A DNA stretch of 64,000 nt from an uncultured Lactobacillus sp. (GTDB taxonomy: Bacteria > Bacillota > Bacilli > Lactobacillales > Lactobacillaceae), in assembly GCA_946482465.1 (NCBI GenBank), contig CAMLRL010000004.1, positions 17,441 to 81,440 on the forward strand, read 5' to 3'. A model generated the notes under the pieces. The model did not search any database. It was not told where the DNA came from and worked only from the letters and a program-made list of their open reading frames with translations. Numbering within the stretch: position 1 is the stretch's first letter; each line of letters starts with the position of its first letter. The position numbers were made by a program, and so were the translations under genes. Positions 28,854 to 38,652 of the stretch are shown in pieces.

Positions 28854-29483
28854 TTATTTATTGTAAAGTTTTTTGACAGCTTCAATATCTATTTCTTGAA
28901 TAGAGTAGATAGAGCCAGTTGGATACATAACTGATTGTCCGTTATTGTGCTTAAGCCCAATTGCGTGCCCCAGCTCGTGTTCAACCGTGTTGACAACTCG
29001 TTCATAACTGTAATTGTAGCTTGAGAAATTGTCAAGGTAGTAGGTGTTTAATTTAGTGTCAGCAGAGAATAATAGTCCTGATTTTACATAGAAGTGAAAA
29101 GTTGTATAGCCAGCATAAGTAGTGTTTGGACTATAGACACTTTCTATTGTAATATCAGCTTTCTTTTTGTTTTTGGTTTTAGTAAAAGTGAATGCTCCGG
29201 TGTCATTCCACACTTGAATTGCATGGTTGGCAGCTGCGGTCAGGTTTTTATCGCCATCTAGGTCAACATAAACACTGGCTTTAGGTTGTGCCCATTTCCA
29301 TTCAGCAGAAACAGTCTCTTTTCTTGATTTCTTGGCACGTTTTTTAGCCTTTTTTGCATAAACGACTTGATTTGGCATGCTGGACAAAATATTGTTGCCG
29401 AGTAGTTCAAAGCCGCCGCTAAGTGCGATAACTGCTATTAAAGCGTAAGTTAGTTTATTTAAAAAATGGCGAAAGTTCCTCAT
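28854..29483 (-). CDS. Secreted matrixin-family zinc metalloprotease
   Basis: Signal peptide; HELGHAIGLKH (HExxHxxGxxH) and Met-turn SVMYP. Confidence 0.92.
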   Translation of the reverse strand: MRNFRHFLNKLTYALIAVIALSGGFELLGNNILSSMPNQVVYAKKAKKRAKKSRKETVSAEWKWAQPKASVYVDLDGDKNLTAAANHAIQVWNDTGAFTFTKTKNKKKADITIESVYSPNTTYAGYTTFHFYVKSGLLFSADTKLNTYYLDNFSSYNYSYERVVNTVEHELGHAIGLKHNNGQSVMYPTGSIYSIQEIDIEAVKKLYNK

Positions 29484-29689
29484 GATTTATCAGCTCCGTT
29501 ACTTTATGTTATTCGAGGATAATTACAAAACTTTCAAACGACCTGTTTACTTTATTATAGTCACAAGTACTATGATTTTCACGGATTGCACTCGGAAAAA
29601 TTCAAAAGTAATTAAGTGAGTTATTGTATATATATAAATCATGTTTAATGTTAAAATAATAAACAAGTTTTAAAAATACAGGTGACGTT

Positions 29690-31984
29690 ATGTTAAACGC
29701 AAAGGATGAAAAAAAAATTGAACAAGAACATCTTGATCATATTTTAAAAATGATAAGAGCTAAAAAGGCAGAGTTATCCTCTTCAATTAAGTCGGCAGAA
29801 GGAGAAGCTAAGGATCTTAACTCCCACTTTTTTGATGATGTAAAACTAGATTATGACGGCTATTCCACCTCAATGGAAACGGCTTTGTCAATTCATCAAC
29901 AGCAACAACTTCTTGATGAACGCGAGAATGCATGGCAACATGCAGCTAGGCAATTAACGACAATCCAGAAATTAGAGCAAAAGCCGTATTTTGCACGAGT
30001 TGATTTTAAAGAAAATGGTCAGCCTGCAGAAACTATTTATATTGGTTTAGGCTCCTTTGCTGACAAAAATGATCACTTTTTAATTTATGACTGGCGTGCC
30101 CCAATTTCTTCAATTTATTATGATGGCAAGCTTGGCGACGTTTCTTACGTTTCCCCTGAAGGTGAAATTACCGTTGAGATGACCAAGAAGCGACAATTTA
30201 TGATTGAAGACGGTAAGATTGTCAATATGTTTGATACCAATGAATCGATTGGTGATCAAATGTTGCTTGAGGTCTTGGGTGAAAAGTCCAGTACGCAAAT
30301 GAAGTCGATAGTGACGACAATTCAGCGCGAGCAAAATAAGATTATTCGTAATACAAGCGCTGATTTATTGTTTGTTCAAGGTGCTGCTGGGTCGGGAAAG
30401 ACCTCTGCAATTTTACAAAGAATAGCATACTTGCTCTATCGGTACCGTGGTAATTTAACAAGTAGCGATGTTATTATGTTTAGCCCTAATCAGTTATTTA
30501 ATGACTACATTAAAAATGTTTTGCCTGAGATGGGTGAACAGAATATGGTGCAAATGACATACTGGCAATTTGTTGCACGTCGCTTGCCTGGCATGGATGT
30601 CGAAAACCTGTTTGATCAGTTTGAAGACGATGCTGCCGATTCAGCAATCAGTCAATTTAAAGATTCGACTAGTTTCTTTGACTTGCTGACTCGCTATGCA
30701 AAACACCTTAATCAACGTGGTGTAATTTTTAAGAACATTTATTTCCGTGACAAAAAGCGTCCATTTTTTGAAAAAGCAAAAATCAATGAAATTTATTATT
30801 CCTACAATTCGAACTACAATTTAAGCAACCGAATTGATGCAACGCGTGAAGAGTTAATTAAATTGCTTAACCGCAAGATTAATTCTGAAGCTAAAAAGTC
30901 TTGGGTAGCTGATGAAATTCAGAGCCTGAGTCAAGGACAACTTAACGAGCTATATGACCGGCCTGATCAAGAGTTTGAATCCGAGGAAAAAGAAGAAAAA
31001 TTCTTAAGCCGCAAGATTGTGGTTAAGGCACTGGATAAAGTTTTCCAACAAATTAAGCGTAATAACTTTATTAATATGCGTGCGCAATATCTTAGTTTTT
31101 TGCGTCGCGTTCCGAAAATGACCGATCTTTCTAAATGGAATATTACCGAGAATCAGTGGAATGACCATGTTGAAGAAGTCAAAGCTAGTTTTAAGAACCA
31201 CTACATTCATATGAATGATGTTTCTGCCTATCTTTACTTGTATGACATGATTACTGGACGGCACGTTGATTATGAAATGCGTTATGCCTTTATTGATGAG
31301 ATTCAAGACTACACACCATTTCAACTTTGCTACCTTAAATATAATTTCCCACGCGCCAAATTCACAATGCTGGGAGACTTAAACCAGGCTATTTTTACTA
31401 AGGATGAGAGTCGAAGCTTACTTAAACAAATTAGTGGTTTGTTCGATCCTAAGAAAACGGATGTTGTTCAGTTAACTAAATCGTACCGTTCAACCAAGCA
31501 ATTAACAGAGTTTACCAAGCAGATTTTACGTCAGGGTGAAAAAATTGAGTCCTTTAACAGACAGGGACCAAAGCCTGTCGTTTGGGGACGAGATGACGAT
31601 GCTGAGGCGTTAAAAGTTTTGCAACAAGTATTACTGGAAAATGAGCAAAACAAGTTGACAACAGCGGTAATTACTAAAGATCTTGAAAGTGCTAAGTTTG
31701 TTGCAGAAGAATTGAAGAAAAATGGTGTAAAAGCCACTTTGATTGCAACCGCTAATCAGCGACTGGTTGATGGGACGTTGATTATTCCATCATATTTAGC
31801 TAAGGGATTGGAATTTGATGCAGTCATTATGTGGGATGCCTCAAAGAAAAGCTATCACCGCCTTGATGAAACACAACTAGTTTACACAATCACTTCGCGT
31901 GCAATGTATAAGCTTGATATGATTTATACAGGCACCAAAAGTTCACTTCTTGATGTTGATCAAGAAACTTACGAAGAAAAATAG
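29690..31984 (+). CDS. helD: RNA polymerase recycling motor HelD
   Basis: PYFARVDF, DWRAPISS.YY, IVTTIQREQN.IIR, GAAGSGKT, DEIQD, AKGLEFD. Confidence 0.95.
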   Translation: MLNAKDEKKIEQEHLDHILKMIRAKKAELSSSIKSAEGEAKDLNSHFFDDVKLDYDGYSTSMETALSIHQQQQLLDERENAWQHAARQLTTIQKLEQKPYFARVDFKENGQPAETIYIGLGSFADKNDHFLIYDWRAPISSIYYDGKLGDVSYVSPEGEITVEMTKKRQFMIEDGKIVNMFDTNESIGDQMLLEVLGEKSSTQMKSIVTTIQREQNKIIRNTSADLLFVQGAAGSGKTSAILQRIAYLLYRYRGNLTSSDVIMFSPNQLFNDYIKNVLPEMGEQNMVQMTYWQFVARRLPGMDVENLFDQFEDDAADSAISQFKDSTSFFDLLTRYAKHLNQRGVIFKNIYFRDKKRPFFEKAKINEIYYSYNSNYNLSNRIDATREELIKLLNRKINSEAKKSWVADEIQSLSQGQLNELYDRPDQEFESEEKEEKFLSRKIVVKALDKVFQQIKRNNFINMRAQYLSFLRRVPKMTDLSKWNITENQWNDHVEEVKASFKNHYIHMNDVSAYLYLYDMITGRHVDYEMRYAFIDEIQDYTPFQLCYLKYNFPRAKFTMLGDLNQAIFTKDESRSLLKQISGLFDPKKTDVVQLTKSYRSTKQLTEFTKQILRQGEKIESFNRQGPKPVVWGRDDDAEALKVLQQVLLENEQNKLTTAVITKDLESAKFVAEELKKNGVKATLIATANQRLVDGTLIIPSYLAKGLEFDAVIMWDASKKSYHRLDETQLVYTITSRAMYKLDMIYTGTKSSLLDVDQETYEEK

Positions 31985-31995
31985 GTGAGGCTAAG

Positions 31996-32445
31996 ATGGA
32001 GAAACAGGAAACATTTAAGTTTAAAAAAATTGCTGATATGTCGGGTCAAGAGATGTATTGTGTTGCAAGATTGCGTATTGACACTTTTGTTACAGAACAG
32101 AAAATCACTGAGCCTGAACTTGATGATCAAGATCTTACTGCAATTCAGGTCTTTTTGCTGAACAAAGAGCAAAATAGAGCACTTGCTGTTTGCCGTATTT
32201 TTAAAGAAAATGATCAGTGGGTTCTTGGCCGTGTAGCAGTTGCTGCTCAAACACGTGGGCAACATCTTGGTACAAAAATGATGCAACAGGTGCACCAATA
32301 TCTGCGCGACCTTGGTGTTAAGCAATTAATTTGCCATGCTCAAATGCAAGCTAAACCTTTTTATGATCATTTAGGTTATCAAACTAAGGGTGAAGTTTTT
32401 ACTGAAGCGGGTATTGACCACATTATGATGTACTATAACTTATAA
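31996..32445 (+). CDS. GNAT acetyltransferase (ElaA-like)
   Basis: LR..TFVTEQ, GRVAV....RGQHLG, FY..LGY, EAGIDHIMM. Confidence 0.9.
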   Translation: MEKQETFKFKKIADMSGQEMYCVARLRIDTFVTEQKITEPELDDQDLTAIQVFLLNKEQNRALAVCRIFKENDQWVLGRVAVAAQTRGQHLGTKMMQQVHQYLRDLGVKQLICHAQMQAKPFYDHLGYQTKGEVFTEAGIDHIMMYYNL

Positions 32446-32550
32446 AAAGAAGTAAAACTTGCGTTTTTAACGTGAGTTTTTCTTTTGCAATGAGATAATT
32501 TAATTTGATATCAGTAATGATTTGAACATAAGGTAAGGGAAAGACTAAAG

Positions 32551-33465
32551 ATGAAAAATTATTTGCGTTTTAATCGAGATGAATGGGCATCTTTTTCTTC
32601 TAATGATGCTGTTAGAATAACGAAGGATGAACTTGCAAAAATTAAATCATTAGGGGATGTCATCAATTTAACGGATGTTCAAGAAATTTATGGCAGCCTA
32701 ATTAACTATCTTTATTTGGTGTACCAAGAAAAACGTACTTTACAGCAAAAGCAGAGTGAATTTTTAAAGCAGCATGTGCTTGCTGCACCTTTTATCATTG
32801 GTATTTCCGGTTCGGTTGCAGTTGGTAAATCAACAACTGCTCGTCTTCTACAAGTTTTACTTAGCCGAACATTTCCTAACTTAAATGTTCATTTAATGAC
32901 AACAGATGGCTTTATTTATCCGAATGAGGAATTGAAACGGCGTGGCCTTTTTGATCGGAAGGGTTTTCCTGAAAGTTACAATATGAACTTATTGAGTGAC
33001 TTTCTAAAGGATGTCCTTAGCGGCAAAGAAAATATTGCCTATCCGCTTTATTCACAAGAATTAAGCGATATTGTTCCAGGTAAGTATGGACATGTAAAGC
33101 AGCCAGATATCTTAATTATTGAAGGAATTAATACCTTACAGTTACCAACTAATGGGCAAATTGTTACCAGTGACTTTTTTGATTTCTCAATTTACATCGA
33201 TGCTGATGAAGAACTAATTGAAAAATGGTTCATGCAACGTTTTGAACGCGTGCTTGAAATGAATAAAAATGATCCAACTAATTTTTACTATGAGATGGCT
33301 AACGGTCCTCGTGCAGATGCAATTCAATTAGCACAAGACACTTGGCAGATGGTCAACCTAGTTAATTTGCGTGAATATATTGAGCCAACTAAACAGCGGG
33401 CCAGTTTAATTTTGCATAAAACAACCGGTCATAAAATTGATGAAATCTATCTGCGGCAGTTTTAA
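32551..33465 (+). CDS. coaA: Type I pantothenate kinase
   Basis: GSVAVGKSTTAR, TTDGF, RKGFPESY, IIEGIN.LQ. Confidence 0.96.
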   Translation: MKNYLRFNRDEWASFSSNDAVRITKDELAKIKSLGDVINLTDVQEIYGSLINYLYLVYQEKRTLQQKQSEFLKQHVLAAPFIIGISGSVAVGKSTTARLLQVLLSRTFPNLNVHLMTTDGFIYPNEELKRRGLFDRKGFPESYNMNLLSDFLKDVLSGKENIAYPLYSQELSDIVPGKYGHVKQPDILIIEGINTLQLPTNGQIVTSDFFDFSIYIDADEELIEKWFMQRFERVLEMNKNDPTNFYYEMANGPRADAIQLAQDTWQMVNLVNLREYIEPTKQRASLILHKTTGHKIDEIYLRQF

Positions 33466-33492
33466 CTTTTAGTACCTAGTTTGGGTCAATTT

Positions 33493-33501
33493 TGCTATAC
33501 T
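33493..33501 (+). promoter_or_regulatory. Extended -10 promoter (TG-C-TATACT) for the efp transcript
   Basis: TGnTATACT; 7 nt separate it from the uORF ATG at 33509; the -35 region is poor. Confidence 0.65.
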
Positions 33502-33508
33502 AAACGGT

Positions 33509-33562
33509 ATGAATACGATTTATTTATTATTAATTAAAAAATTTGCATTGCCTCCAGCGTAA
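33509..33562 (+). CDS. Putative leaderless upstream ORF, 17 aa, MNTIYLLLIKKFALPPA (Pro-Pro leader of efp)
   Basis: ATG at the predicted +1; CCT-CCA codons at 33551-33556; stop 49 nt before the efp ATG. Confidence 0.55.
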   Translation: MNTIYLLLIKKFALPPA

Positions 33563-33611
33563 AGTTTTTTCTGGAATTTAAACACGATTAAAATAAGAAG
33601 GAGAAAAAACA

Positions 33612-34184
33612 ATGGTACAGGCAATTAACTTAAAAAAGGGTATGGTATTTAGTCAAGACGGTAAAATGATTCGGGTGCTTAAGGCAAACCATCATAAACC
33701 AGGTAAGGGCAATACTGTTATGCAAATGGACTTACGCAACATTGAAAGTGGGGCAGTTGTTCATAAGACGATGCGTCCAACTGAAAAGATTGAATTAATC
33801 GACATTACTAAAAAGAAAGCACAATTCCTTTATAACGAAGGTGATGTTTATACTTTCATGGACTCCGAAACTTATGAACAATACGAAGTTTCTGGTGAAC
33901 AACTTGGTGATGATAAGTTTTATTTGATGCCGAATATTGAAGTTCAATTGGAATTTGCTAATGATAGCAAGCTCCTTGGCGTTGAATTACCAGCAACTGT
34001 TACAATGAAAGTTGCTCATACTGAGCCTGGTATTAAGGGCGCTACAGTTACCGGTACAGGTAAGCCTGCAACGATGGAAACTGGCTTGGTAGTTCAAGTG
34101 CCTGATTTTATTAAAGAGGGCGAAGAATTAATTATTAATACAGCTGAAGGCGTATATAAATCAAGAGCCGAAGGTAATAAATAG
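33612..34184 (+). CDS. efp: Elongation factor P
   Basis: HHKPGKG loop, FMDSETYEQ, TEPGIKGAT, KPATMETG..VQVP.FI. Confidence 0.96.
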   Translation: MVQAINLKKGMVFSQDGKMIRVLKANHHKPGKGNTVMQMDLRNIESGAVVHKTMRPTEKIELIDITKKKAQFLYNEGDVYTFMDSETYEQYEVSGEQLGDDKFYLMPNIEVQLEFANDSKLLGVELPATVTMKVAHTEPGIKGATVTGTGKPATMETGLVVQVPDFIKEGEELIINTAEGVYKSRAEGNK

Positions 34185-34193
34185 TTGCACTTA

Positions 34194-34222
34194 AAAACGC
34201 AGTCGAAAATGACTGCGTTTTA
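34194..34222 (+). terminator. Intrinsic terminator of efp
   Basis: AAAACGCAGTC-GAAAAT-GACTGCGTTTT. Confidence 0.85.
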
Positions 34223-34265
34223 TGCTTTTTGTTAAAATGCTGCTAGGTAGCTTATATTTCAATCT

Positions 34266-34302
34266 GAAAAGCGCTTGCATAGAAAATATAATTGTGTATA
34301 AT
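34266..34302 (+). promoter_or_regulatory. PTS operon promoter with overlapping cre-like site
   Basis: TTGCAT(34275)-16-TATAAT(34297) preceded by TG; GAAAAGCGCTTGCA resembles a CcpA cre site and overlaps the -35. Confidence 0.65.
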
Positions 34303-34322
34303 GATACATATAAATAAGAAAT

Positions 34323-34404
34323 GGATTGTTACTCTTTGAGGCATTACCATTAGTCAAAGTGTTTTTTGAACACTTGCTAATCTTGTGCCACAAAGAGTTT
34401 TTTT
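34323..34404 (+). promoter_or_regulatory. RAT antiterminator site overlapping an intrinsic terminator
   Basis: GGATTGTTACT...AGGCA..ACC resembles BglG/LicT RAT; terminator ACTCTTTGAGGCA...TGCCACAAAGAGT plus T-tract; bglG-like gene downstream. Confidence 0.85.
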
Positions 34405-34425
34405 GTGTGCTAAGGGGGGATAATT

Positions 34426-34924
34426 ATGTTTAATTTTTTTTAAAAAGAAAAGCACAAAATTTACTGTTACTGCACCTATTTCGGGAATACTGACAAATTT
34501 AAGTGATGTAAAAGATCCAGTATTTTCACAGAAAATGATGGGAGACGGTTTTGCAATAAGCTTATCTGCAACAGCAAATGTAGTTTTTGCACCAGTAGCT
34601 GGAAAAGTTGTTTCATTACCTGAAAGCCATCATGCAGTGGGGATAGTTACCAAAGATGGAGATGAAATACTCGTTCACATTGGTATAGATACAGTTAATT
34701 TAAATGGACAAGGTTTTACAGCTGTCGTTGAACAAGATGAAGAAATAGAACAGGGACAAGAAATAGTTAAACTTGATCGTGACTTTCTTAAGAATAGAGA
34801 AGTCGATTTGACTACGATGGTCATTTTTACCAAGCTGATACCGGAACATCAAGACTGGAAATTGATTGAGAACTATGGCGATAAGGTGACTAATTTGGAC
34901 ACAATAGTCGAAAAGCAAGTTTAA
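34426..34924 (+). pseudogene. PTS EIIA (glucose family), frameshifted in a T8 run
   Basis: ATG TTT AAT TTT TTT TAA; removing one T from 34434-34441 restores MFNFFKKK..APISG..DVKDPVFSQKMMGDG, joined to the ORF containing LVHIGIDTV. Confidence 0.85.
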
Positions 34925-34937
34925 TGGGAGTATCTGA

Positions 34938-35789
34938 ATGCAAGTCATTAAGCGAATAAATAATAACGTAGCAGTTTGCTTAGATCAAAATCATGACGAA
35001 TTGGTGGCTTTTGGTAAAGGAATTGGCTACCCTAAAACACCATATGAACTAACTGACTTAAGTAAAATCAAACTGACTTTTTATCGAATTGACAGTCGTA
35101 ATTTTAAACTGATTAAAGAAATTCCGGAAAATGTTTTAGAAGTGAGTGCTGATATCATTCAGCAGGCACAAACTATTTTGAGTCAAGATTTAAATCAAAA
35201 TATTCTGTTTAGTTTAGCGGACCATATTAATTTTGCGATTGAACGTTCAAAAAAAGGGATACGAATTGATTATCCATTTTCGTATGATATTCGTTCGTTT
35301 TATCCCAAAGAGTGCCAAGTTGGCGAAATAGCTCTGAAACTAATTGAACAGAAGTTGAATGTAAAATTATCTTCAGAAGAAGTAATTGCGATAGCTATGC
35401 ACTTTATTAATTCTCAAGTAGTTACAAAACTGCAAATAAGTGAAGATAGTTTTAATTCAATTGCCGACTTAATAGTAAAAGAGATTGAGCAACAATTTAA
35501 GCTAAAAATTAATCGTAATTCCTTTATCTATAACAGATTTATTACGCATCTAAGATACTATTTGAAGCGGTTAGAGAGTAATGAGCAAATTGATGATGGC
35601 TCAAGTAAATTACTCAGGACAAGTTTTAAAGAAAGCTATCCTAAAGTGTACCAGTGTACAGTAGATATTATTAATCAGATTGATGAAAAATTACGTACAA
35701 ATACTACGGATGATGAAGAATTTTATTTAATGATTTACGTTCAAAGAATGATTACACAATTAAATAGTGAGGAAAGTGAAAATGAATAA
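34938..35789 (+). CDS. BglG/LicT family transcriptional antiterminator
   Basis: [18 protein letters not shown] domain; PRD His motifs [16 protein letters not shown] and FITHLRY. Confidence 0.93.
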   Translation: MQVIKRINNNVAVCLDQNHDELVAFGKGIGYPKTPYELTDLSKIKLTFYRIDSRNFKLIKEIPENVLEVSADIIQQAQTILSQDLNQNILFSLADHINFAIERSKKGIRIDYPFSYDIRSFYPKECQVGEIALKLIEQKLNVKLSSEEVIAIAMHFINSQVVTKLQISEDSFNSIADLIVKEIEQQFKLKINRNSFIYNRFITHLRYYLKRLESNEQIDDGSSKLLRTSFKESYPKVYQCTVDIINQIDEKLRTNTTDDEEFYLMIYVQRMITQLNSEESENE

Positions 35790-37193
35790 AAAATATCAGG
35801 AAATGGCTCAGCAAATTGTTGATGCTGTTGGTGGCAGTGAGAATATTGTTAGTGTAACTCATTGTATGACAAGATTACGATTCAATCTTAAGGACATGAG
35901 CATACCAAAAGACGACGAGATAAAAAATATTGCTGGCGTGTTGGGAACTGCAAGATCTGGTGGACAATATCAAATTATCATTGGTCAAACGGTTAATGAA
36001 GTTTATGATGCAGTTACTGCAGTGGGCAACTTAACAGAAGCTGCGCCAATAAATGAAATATTGATAACGTAAAAAGCGAACCCAAAAAACTAACATGGAA
36101 GTCTGTAGGTAATACGATTTTAAACAAAATTGCTGGAAGTTTAACACCACTCATTCCAATGCTGATTGCGGCATCAATGTTCAAAATGCTAGTAGCAGTG
36201 CTTGGACCAACTATGCTTAACGTCATTTCTGTACATAGTGACTTATATCAGCTGTTTAGTTTTGTTGGTGATGCTGGTTTTTACTTCTTCCCAATTGCAA
36301 TCGGCTATACTGCTGCCAAACAATTTAACACATCCCCAATTCTAGGAATCTTTCTTGGGGCGATTATGCTTGACCCAGGTTTGGTAAAAATAGTTGCTGC
36401 AGGAAAGCCATTCACAGTATATGGCATTCCAATGCACTTAACCAATTATGCTAGTTCTGTTTTGCCAATCTTACTATCGGTATGGATAATGTCATATATC
36501 GAGCGCTTTTTCAATAAACATATCACTGCCGCATTGCGCACTATTCTTGCACCTACTTTAACAATTGCTATTATGCTACCTCTTGCCCTATGTGTACTTG
36601 GACCACTTGGAGGATTTGTAGGCGAATACGTTTCTAAGGGAATCATTTCCTTCGGGCAACTAGGCGGTGTTGCTGCTATTATTGGTGTCGGGCTAATAGG
36701 TGCTCTTTGGGAACTTCTAGTTATAACAGGGATGCACTTAGTTATGATAAGTGCAATGATTACGATTGTGGCGCAAACTGGTCACGATAACTTTATTATT
36801 CTAGGTTCTTTGGCTGCTAGTTTTGCAGTAGCTGGTATGAGTTTGGGTGCTGCATTACGCTTAAAAGATAAAAAAGAAAAATCTTTAGCTTTTGGTTACT
36901 TTATTGCCAACTTTGTAGGTGGTGTTACTGAGCCTGGTTTATATGGAATAGCAATTAAATACCGTAGACCATTTATTGGAATGATGATTGGTGGATTCGT
37001 AGGCGGTATATATGCTGCCATAATGCATGTTTCTGGTTATGTAATTGTACCAGTGGCCAATTTTATGTCACTGACAGCTTACGTAGGAGGCTCTACTGCT
37101 AACTTAATTAATGGGATTATAAGTGCAGCAATTGCCTTAATAGTTGCAGCAATTGCTACTTATATCATTGGCATTGAGCCAAAAACTAAATAG
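35782..37193 (+). pseudogene. PTS EIIBC (beta-glucoside/sucrose family), split by a 1-nt deletion near 36057
   Basis: EIIB motif HCMTRLRF; adding one A to AATGAAATATT gives NENIDNVKSEPKKLTW, in frame with the EIIC ORF (GMH, GVTEPGLYG). Confidence 0.88.
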
Positions 37194-37202
37194 GAGGAGA
37201 AT

Positions 37203-37967
37203 ATGAAAAACATAATTATTCGTGCAGACGATTTAGGCTATTCTAAGGGTGTTAATTATGGAACTTATGAAAGCGTCAAAAATGGATTAATCAATAATGT
37301 TGGCGTAATGGTTAACATGAAAGACACGCTTCATGGGTTAGACTTGTTGAAACCATTTGATCTTGATATTGGGATGCATACAGTGATTTGTGCAGGTAAG
37401 CCTTTGACAGATCCAGAGAAAATACCAAGTTTGGTGACATCTAATGGTTTATTCAAACCTTCTAAGGTTTATCGAACTGCCGAGTATGATGTGGTTAATT
37501 TAGACGAAGTTATTATTGAAATTGAGGCGCAATATCAGTATTTCTTAAAAATTGTTGGTAAAAAGCCAGATTATTTCGAAGCACATGCTGTTTATAGTGC
37601 AAACCTATTAAAAGGCCTTGAAGTAGTTGCTGAAAGGCATAATTTACCATTATTGCCGTTCGATTTAGACCTAAACCCGGTTAAGTTTAAAAACAATACA
37701 ACAATCACAACTTTTATGGATAGCATGAAGCCAAATTATGATCCATATCGTACTTTCGCTGACACCGTCAAATTTGCTCTTGCTAGTCCTGAAGATAATG
37801 TGCCAATGATGGTATGCCACCCAGGATATTTAGATCAAAGCATTATTCAGCAATCCAGCCTAACTATTCCGCGTACACAAGAAGTGGACTTTTTATGTGA
37901 TCCAAAGGTAGCACAGGAAATTGAGGATAAAGGACTACATTTAGTTAGATATACTGAATTAAGCTAA
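37203..37967 (+). CDS. ChbG/YdjC family carbohydrate deacetylase
   Basis: IIRADDLGYS.GVN.G, GMH, PDYFEAH, MVCHPGY, R..E...L. Confidence 0.9.
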   Translation: MKNIIIRADDLGYSKGVNYGTYESVKNGLINNVGVMVNMKDTLHGLDLLKPFDLDIGMHTVICAGKPLTDPEKIPSLVTSNGLFKPSKVYRTAEYDVVNLDEVIIEIEAQYQYFLKIVGKKPDYFEAHAVYSANLLKGLEVVAERHNLPLLPFDLDLNPVKFKNNTTITTFMDSMKPNYDPYRTFADTVKFALASPEDNVPMMVCHPGYLDQSIIQQSSLTIPRTQEVDFLCDPKVAQEIEDKGLHLVRYTELS

Positions 37968-37989
37968 AGATGATAGTGAATCAAAAAAT

Positions 37990-38026
37990 AGAAAAAGCAA
38001 AGTTTGTAAAAACTCTGCTTTTTCTT
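37990..38026. terminator. Bidirectional terminator
   Basis: AGAAAAAGCAAAGTTT...AAACTCTGCTTTTTCT. Confidence 0.7.
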
Positions 38027-38028
38027 TG

Positions 38029-38475
38029 TTAATCTTCCCATTTACATAAAGTATAGCCGCGGCTAACTGCACTTTTCTTGGATATTTTAGAGATATTTCC
38101 TCTTGCAGGCCTGAGACCGCGGCAGTTAGGATCATAATGATATCTTCTACCAGACCTAGGTGCAATATAAACAACGCGACTTTTTCCTTGACGGTAATAT
38201 TTTACTTGGTTAAACTGCGTTTTCTGAGCAATATTTTTATTGACGGTCAGTACTTGTTTTGTAGGTTTTTTATTATTATGTTTAACTACAAGTTCCTGAA
38301 CTTTTGCTTTAGCTTGTGGTGCATTATTTTTATGATTAATTTCTACCGAGCGAGCCTCATTAGCTTGAATACCTTGTTGCTCGTTTGAAGTTGAATTATT
38401 AGTGAAAAAGGTAAGGGCAAAGAAGGCAACTAGCCAAAGCCACCACTTTTGATAAAACGGTTTGTTAGATTTCAT
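38029..38475 (-). CDS. Membrane-anchored hypothetical protein with a C-terminal His/Cys small domain
   Basis: KPFYQKWWLW plus TM; C-terminal VYIAP.SG.RYH..PNCRGL...GYTLCKWED. Confidence 0.75.
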   Translation of the reverse strand: MKSNKPFYQKWWLWLVAFFALTFFTNNSTSNEQQGIQANEARSVEINHKNNAPQAKAKVQELVVKHNNKKPTKQVLTVNKNIAQKTQFNQVKYYRQGKSRVVYIAPRSGRRYHYDPNCRGLRPARGNISKISKKSAVSRGYTLCKWED

Positions 38476-38652
38476 TTACAACTCTCCTTGATTTGTTTTA
38501 GTTTATTGTAAATTATTCATGTTTCATATAGTTAATTTTGTGGTGTAAATTCACTATAAAAATATAGTATGAATAGTACTACTTAGCTAGTAGCAGTGAT
38601 AAAAATAGTTGAATTTTTTTATGCGATAGTATAATTGAACAGAGGTGATATC

